DNA of 64,000 nucleotides from Candidatus Latescibacterota bacterium (GTDB lineage Bacteria > Latescibacterota > UBA2968), in NCBI GenBank assembly GCA_965204375.1, contig OZ241986.1:4096001-4160000 (forward strand), read 5' to 3'. A program made the translations under genes and the position numbers. This document shows positions 59,375-64,000 of the stretch, in pieces (the first letter of the stretch is position 1; every line of letters starts with the position of its first letter). The notes under the pieces were generated by a model. The model had not been told where the DNA came from, made no database searches, and saw only the letters and a list, made by a program, of their open reading frames with translations.

Positions 59375-60697
59375 TCAAGATGCTCGGCTCTGTTTATCCA
59401 GATAAACCGTAACCTGTCCATCAGTTTCATCCACGGTTGCGTTGGTGAATTGGCCGGTCAGACCAGACCCAGAAATATTCACCACCCCACCGTCAGACAC
59501 CACATCTAATGTATCAAGCCCCGCTATCGTCAACCTCAGAACGCCATTCATCAGCGGATGAGGACCCACTGCCACAGTCAGCGCCACAACATCATCCATC
59601 CTATCCGTCAGCATCTCCAGTTGACCACTCTCGTGATGGATGTGAACGAACCGCGAGTGAAGAACACCCCCTTCTACAATCACGAGATTACTGGGATCCG
59701 TACCACTTACCCACAGTGGCTCCGTATCAGGTGCGATAACAGACAAGCGCATGCCCACCTGTGAATCAAACGCTCGCCTTTGCTCAGATCGCTGTGCAAG
59801 CAGGTCTTGCACATCTACTCTTGCAACAGCCTCAAAATGCGCGATCTCCGATTCGGTAAATTCTCCACACTGACCCCCGCTCTTTTCGAGAACCTCTAAA
59901 AGATATACATCCAACGCCTGCGCATCATCCGCCTCAAATGCCGTCTTCCACATTGGCGCAAACGCATCGAGCAAAACCGCAAGCGCATGCCCTATCTCGT
60001 AGCAGCGTCCGCGCACCTCATTCGCGGCATAACCCTCCCGTGGCAAATCCACGCGCGTCCGGCCCACAGACATCGCCTCCACATAAGAGGCAAGCCCTTC
60101 CAGCAACTCTGTCCCCCGTTCATAGGTAGAAAACTCCAGCGCCATCCCCGCATATCGGTCCTGCCGCGCCCTCAGCGCCCTCAGCGTCCAGCATCGCTTC
60201 TCCTCGGACCCATTCGCAGCAAGCGCCCGTCGCAATGCCTCTGTCTCCATCCGCCGAAGAAATAGCAAATTCGCATCATCCACCGGAAAAAGATAACGTA
60301 CAACTTCGTTTCCCTGCCAGGTGGGATGGCAAGCCTGTTGATAGACGTGGAACGCCTCGTGAATTGCTACAGAAGCCAGAACTGTCGGCGCTTGATTTGC
60401 CGACCTATCGAACATAACGCTGGCCGTGGGCGTTCCCGCAATCTCAACAACACTGCTGGCCGTCACGACTGGATAGCGTCCATCGTACACAAGCACATCG
60501 CATTCACCAACCCGCATCTCCCTAAAACCCTCGGGAACCTCCGAACATCGAAAAAGATATGTATCCTCGCCATCATAGAAAACAAGAGGAATCGCGAGCG
60601 GATCAAAGCCCGGCCACAGTTCACCCTGTGCAACCAGACGCTCAATCTCACGCGCCAAATCTGACACATGACGCCTATCCTTGAAAACGGACATCAA
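59375..60697 (-). CDS. Hypothetical protein with zincin-like HExxH motif
   Basis: IHEAFHVYQ and downstream EGLASYVE. Confidence 0.7.
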   Translation of the reverse strand: MMSVFKDRRHVSDLAREIERLVAQGELWPGFDPLAIPLVFYDGEDTYLFRCSEVPEGFREMRVGECDVLVYDGRYPVVTASSVVEIAGTPTASVMFDRSANQAPTVLASVAIHEAFHVYQQACHPTWQGNEVVRYLFPVDDANLLFLRRMETEALRRALAANGSEEKRCWTLRALRARQDRYAGMALEFSTYERGTELLEGLASYVEAMSVGRTRVDLPREGYAANEVRGRCYEIGHALAVLLDAFAPMWKTAFEADDAQALDVYLLEVLEKSGGQCGEFTESEIAHFEAVARVDVQDLLAQRSEQRRAFDSQVGMRLSVIAPDTEPLWVSGTDPSNLVIVEGGVLHSRFVHIHHESGQLEMLTDRMDDVVALTVAVGPHPLMNGVLRLTIAGLDTLDVVSDGGVVNISGSGLTGQFTNATVDETDGQVTVYLDKQSRAS

Positions 60698-61056
60698 AAA
60701 GACACTCCCTCATCCTCCCGCTGATACGACGCTGTAATCTCGTGATCGATACCACCGCGAATATTGAAGCGGCTGATCACCTCCATCTCAACCGGATCGC
60801 ACAGATCTACCAGATCGTTCAAAATCTGATTCGTCACAGGCTCCATATAAATCCCCTGATCTCGGAACGACCAGAAATAGTGCTTCAGCGACCGCAACTC
60901 CACGCACCGCGGACCCGGAACATACCAGATCACAATCGTCGCAAAATCCGGCTGCCCCGTCTTGGGACACAGCGACGTAAACTCCGGAAACGTAAACTCA
61001 ATCGTATAACGCCGTTCTGGATTCGGATTATCAAACGCCTCTAAGATCGAACTCAT
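60694..61056 (-). CDS. queF: NADPH-dependent preQ0 reductase (unimodular)
   Basis: PEFTSLCPKTGQPDFA, VELRSLK.Y, E..TN.IL.DL, RGGI. Confidence 0.92.
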   Translation of the reverse strand: MSSILEAFDNPNPERRYTIEFTFPEFTSLCPKTGQPDFATIVIWYVPGPRCVELRSLKHYFWSFRDQGIYMEPVTNQILNDLVDLCDPVEMEVISRFNIRGGIDHEITASYQREDEGVSF

Positions 61057-61073
61057 ACCTCATCCTCGCGCCC

Positions 61074-61103
61074 TATCTGCGTCCATCTGCGTCCATCTGC
61101 GGA
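61074..61103. repeat. Decamer repeat between the two queF copies
   Basis: TATCTGCGTCCATCTGCGTCCATCTGCGGA abutting the TGA at 61104. Confidence 0.8.
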
Positions 61104-61445
61104 TCACGCCTCGCGCTCATACGCTACAGACACCCGCGTCTCAATACCACCTCGCACTGTAAAATCACCCGTCACATCCAACGTCACAGGATCGCACGCC
61201 GCTACAAAATCATCCACAATTTTATTAACCACACCCTCGTAAAACACCTTCTCATCCCGAAACGACCCCAAATACCGCTTCAACGACATCTGCTCCACAC
61301 ACACCTCTCCCGGCACATAAGAAATCGAAACCGCGGCAAAAATCGGCTGCCCCGTCACCGCGTACAGCGCCGTAAACTCCGACGTCTCAAATTCAATCGT
61401 ATAATCTCGCTCGCGCTCGGGATTTTCAACGCACTTTATTTTCAT
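61104..61445 (-). CDS. QueF paralog lacking catalytic Cys and Asp
   Basis: EFTALYAVTGQPIFA, VEQMSLKRYL.SFR, YE.VVN.I.DD, RGGI. Confidence 0.85.
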   Translation of the reverse strand: MKIKCVENPERERDYTIEFETSEFTALYAVTGQPIFAAVSISYVPGEVCVEQMSLKRYLGSFRDEKVFYEGVVNKIVDDFVAACDPVTLDVTGDFTVRGGIETRVSVAYEREA

Positions 61446-61451
61446 AACACC

Positions 61452-62618
61452 TCACTCAAACGGCACCCGACTCGCGCCCACCGGATCGGGACTCGTGGGC
61501 CGAATCGGCATCTCCTCATAAGAACGATAAGCCACATCCAGATGCGGCGCCTCAACCCGCCTGTACCCCTCATACCGCGAATCTATCAACGCCTCCAGTG
61601 CGCCGGAAATCAGCAACGTGCGCTCAACCGGATACTGCGGCTTACCCGTCAAAAACATCTGCTGAATATTCAAACTCAAATAACTGAAATGCGCGTGCGG
61701 ATTATCCGGCAAAAAAACGCGCATATTATCCACCGCTCCATTGCGCCGCGCCGCAAAACCCCACCCCCGCGTGTACCCATTCAACATAAACGTCGCCGCC
61801 TTCAACCCATCTGCATACTCCAACAAAAAAACAGCCGGATTCTCGCAATGATCGCGCACATCGCCATCCTCCTTCGCCTCAATATGCGCCACCGCCGCCG
61901 CGTACAAATCGCGATCCCACGCACTCGACGCCCAGACATCATCCCCCTCCAGACACTGCACCGCCACAATCCCCGTCTCTCCACCTGTGCGGCGCTCAAC
62001 CATACACTGCAGCGTCTCCAGCGCGTGAAACCCATAAGAATCAAGCCCACCAAAAGCCACCGACACCGCCGTCTCAATCTCCGTATCCAACTCATACTCA
62101 AGCCACGGCTTGCGCCATGCAAGCGGCAGAGACGACCCCGCCATAAACGGCACATCGAGTTCCCGCGCGCGATCGCACATCCACTTTGCATCGTGCCAAT
62201 TATACGAAAGATGCTTATCGCTAAACACCGGCACAGACCGCCCCGACGAAGCGAACACCCCGCAAATCTGCTCAAAAAAATACTTGCGCGGATACATGTG
62301 TTGCTCCTTCTCATTCCACGGATAATCGCCGTGCTCCCCAATCAGCAACACCCCATCCACAGCAAGCTCATCACCCCCCAAAGTCAACGCCTGGTTAATA
62401 CTCCCGCACATCGGCACACCGTATTCCTCTGCAATCGCGCACCCGATATCATCTCTAAAATGCACCTGATCCAGATACATCGACACCACATCCACCTCTG
62501 GCGAAAGCAACCCGTCATCTGTTGGAAACCCCTTCAAAAACTTCGTCACAATCACATCGGCGTGTGACCGCGGAAAATACGACGTAATCACCGCTGCAAT
62601 TTTCTTTCGATCAGCCAT
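61452..62618 (-). CDS. Gfo/Idh/MocA-like hypothetical oxidoreductase
   Basis: SHADVI, LAVDGVLLIGEHGDYP, PVF.DKHLS, MAGSSLP, YGFHALE. Confidence 0.75.
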   Translation of the reverse strand: MADRKKIAAVITSYFPRSHADVIVTKFLKGFPTDDGLLSPEVDVVSMYLDQVHFRDDIGCAIAEEYGVPMCGSINQALTLGGDELAVDGVLLIGEHGDYPWNEKEQHMYPRKYFFEQICGVFASSGRSVPVFSDKHLSYNWHDAKWMCDRARELDVPFMAGSSLPLAWRKPWLEYELDTEIETAVSVAFGGLDSYGFHALETLQCMVERRTGGETGIVAVQCLEGDDVWASSAWDRDLYAAAVAHIEAKEDGDVRDHCENPAVFLLEYADGLKAATFMLNGYTRGWGFAARRNGAVDNMRVFLPDNPHAHFSYLSLNIQQMFLTGKPQYPVERTLLISGALEALIDSRYEGYRRVEAPHLDVAYRSYEEMPIRPTSPDPVGASRVPFE

Positions 62619-62774
62619 AGCTTTTCCCTCCAATTGCGTGCCTCGTTTTATAATCGTTAAATTATATCACAATTCGAGAAAAACCAATATCTAAATATTC
62701 TTACATCCTCACGCCCAAAATTTGGTATCTTAAACACCTGAAATATAACTCTAACCCTTACCAGGAGGAATCAC

Positions 62775-63380
62775 TTGACCGAAGTAAAAGCCACCAACAT
62801 CGTCTGGCACGAAGGCCATGTCGGGCGCAAACAGCGCGAAGACCTGCTCGAACAGAAAGGCGCACTCATCTGGCTCACCGGCCTGCCCAGCTCGGGCAAA
62901 AGCACCATCGCATTCACCACAGAACACGCCCTGATCGAACGCGGGCGCATGGCCTACGTACTCGACGGCGACAACATCCGCCACGGCCTCAACAAAAACC
63001 TCGGATTCTCAGCCGAAGACCGCGCTGAAAACATCCGCCGCATCGGCGAAGTCGGCAAACTCTTTGCCGACGCCGGCATCATCACCCTATCCAGTTTTGT
63101 AAGCCCCTATCGCATTGACCGCGACGGCGTGCGCGAACTCATGGAAGACAAAGACTTCATCGAAGTATTCATCGACACCCCGCTCGACGTATGCGAAGAA
63201 CGCGATCCCAAAGGCATGTACAAAAAAGCGCGCACAGGTGAAATACCCAACTTCACCGGCATCTCTGACCCTTATGAACCGCCCGAAAACCCCGAACTCG
63301 TCATACACACCGTTGACAGCACCCCACAAGAGGCCGCATTGCAAATCATCGCCCTGCTCGAAACGCGTGGAAACATCTAA
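62775..63380 (+). CDS. cysC: Adenylyl-sulfate kinase
   Basis: WLTGLPSSGKST, LDGDNIRHGL, RDPKG.Y, FTGISDPYE; AGGAGG RBS and TTG start. Confidence 0.95.
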   Translation: MTEVKATNIVWHEGHVGRKQREDLLEQKGALIWLTGLPSSGKSTIAFTTEHALIERGRMAYVLDGDNIRHGLNKNLGFSAEDRAENIRRIGEVGKLFADAGIITLSSFVSPYRIDRDGVRELMEDKDFIEVFIDTPLDVCEERDPKGMYKKARTGEIPNFTGISDPYEPPENPELVIHTVDSTPQEAALQIIALLETRGNI

Positions 63381-63382
63381 CA

Positions 63383-64000
63383 ATGCCCATCATCGACCTC
63401 ACCATGCCCATTGCCGACCACTTCCGCTGGCCCGTAGAGCGCAGCCTCAAAAGCAGTTTTGAAACAGGCGACATGGCGCAAGTGACCCACATGGGATGGG
63501 CAGTCCACGGATTTACGCACGTCGATGCGCCGCGCCACATGTTCCCGGAAGGACCCACCACCAGCGACACCGAACTCGACCAAATCGTGGGACAGGCCGC
63601 AGTCGTCGATCTCTCGGGCATCGCGCCAGAAACGCCGATCACCGAAGCGCAGATTCGCGCTGCCGGACAGCACATACGATCCGAAGACATCGTCGTCATG
63701 AAAACGCGGTGGGACGAAGTGGAATCACATCAAACCCCTGAATTCTGGACCCGCGCGCCCTACATGTCGCGCCCCGCCGCAAAATGGCTACACGCGCAAA
63801 ACATCCGCGCCATCGCATTTGACTTTCCGCAAGACTATCCCATCCGCCAATTGCTCAGTGGCCAGAGAGCACCCCTCTCCGAATTCGTTACCCACGACAT
63901 CCTCTTGCGCGAAGGCATCATCCTCATCGAATACATCTGCAACACGGGCATGCTCACTGAGGACCGCGTACCCTTCTTCGCCCTGCCCTTAAAAATCCCC
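63383..64000 (+). CDS. Cyclase/kynurenine formamidase family protein (runs off the window)
   Basis: IIDLT, HGFTHVDAPRH, HDILL.EGI.LIE, ALPLKI. Confidence 0.85.
   Translation, partial: MPIIDLTMPIADHFRWPVERSLKSSFETGDMAQVTHMGWAVHGFTHVDAPRHMFPEGPTTSDTELDQIVGQAAVVDLSGIAPETPITEAQIRAAGQHIRSEDIVVMKTRWDEVESHQTPEFWTRAPYMSRPAAKWLHAQNIRAIAFDFPQDYPIRQLLSGQRAPLSEFVTHDILLREGIILIEYICNTGMLTEDRVPFFALPLKIP

Noticed and set aside
60694-61445. 7-deazaguanine DNA modification (dpd) cluster
   Set aside because: No dpdA/tgt, queC, queD, queE or folE in the vicinity.

Overview
Bacterial chromosomal window. The mix of FlgD/T9SS-like C-terminal domains, dockerin/EF-hand tails, many PhyH dioxygenases and (GLEQ)n Rpn tails suggests an FCB-group, Latescibacterota-like sponge-symbiont genome; this taxonomy is inference only. 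The left half (1-28 kb) is mostly housekeeping and regulatory: glnA-orf-hemE-hemH-hemY, two tandem secreted Cache-domain paralogs, a sigma54-activator/PTS-IIA/sigma70 cascade, HK-RR-glgC-glnD, and rho-rpmE2-prfA-prmC-prenyltransferase-secDF. The right half is accessory. It holds a decayed defence island built on a type I RM scaffold (33-44 kb): frameshifted PIN, internally deleted hsdR, helicase+DUF2290, frameshifted NDT-TPR, hsdS with no hsdM, and an orphan higA. It also has a convergent type II RM pair, a redoxin plus heme/Cu-monooxygenase pair, TA modules, five PhyH dioxygenases, two tandem queF paralogs, cysC and a cyclase. Best leads: (1) three PhyH-family proteins lacking the iron-binding Asp (HXG/HXN), a halogenase-like signature; (2) a tandem dead+active queF pair that mirrors bimodular QueF; (3) a family of intergenic elements with variable heptamer arms (GAAGNNN...NNNCTTC) in a strict polarity, several abutting stop or start codons; (4) a Cas2/VapD-like plus 2TM gene pair. 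All family assignments come from motif recognition, with no database search.
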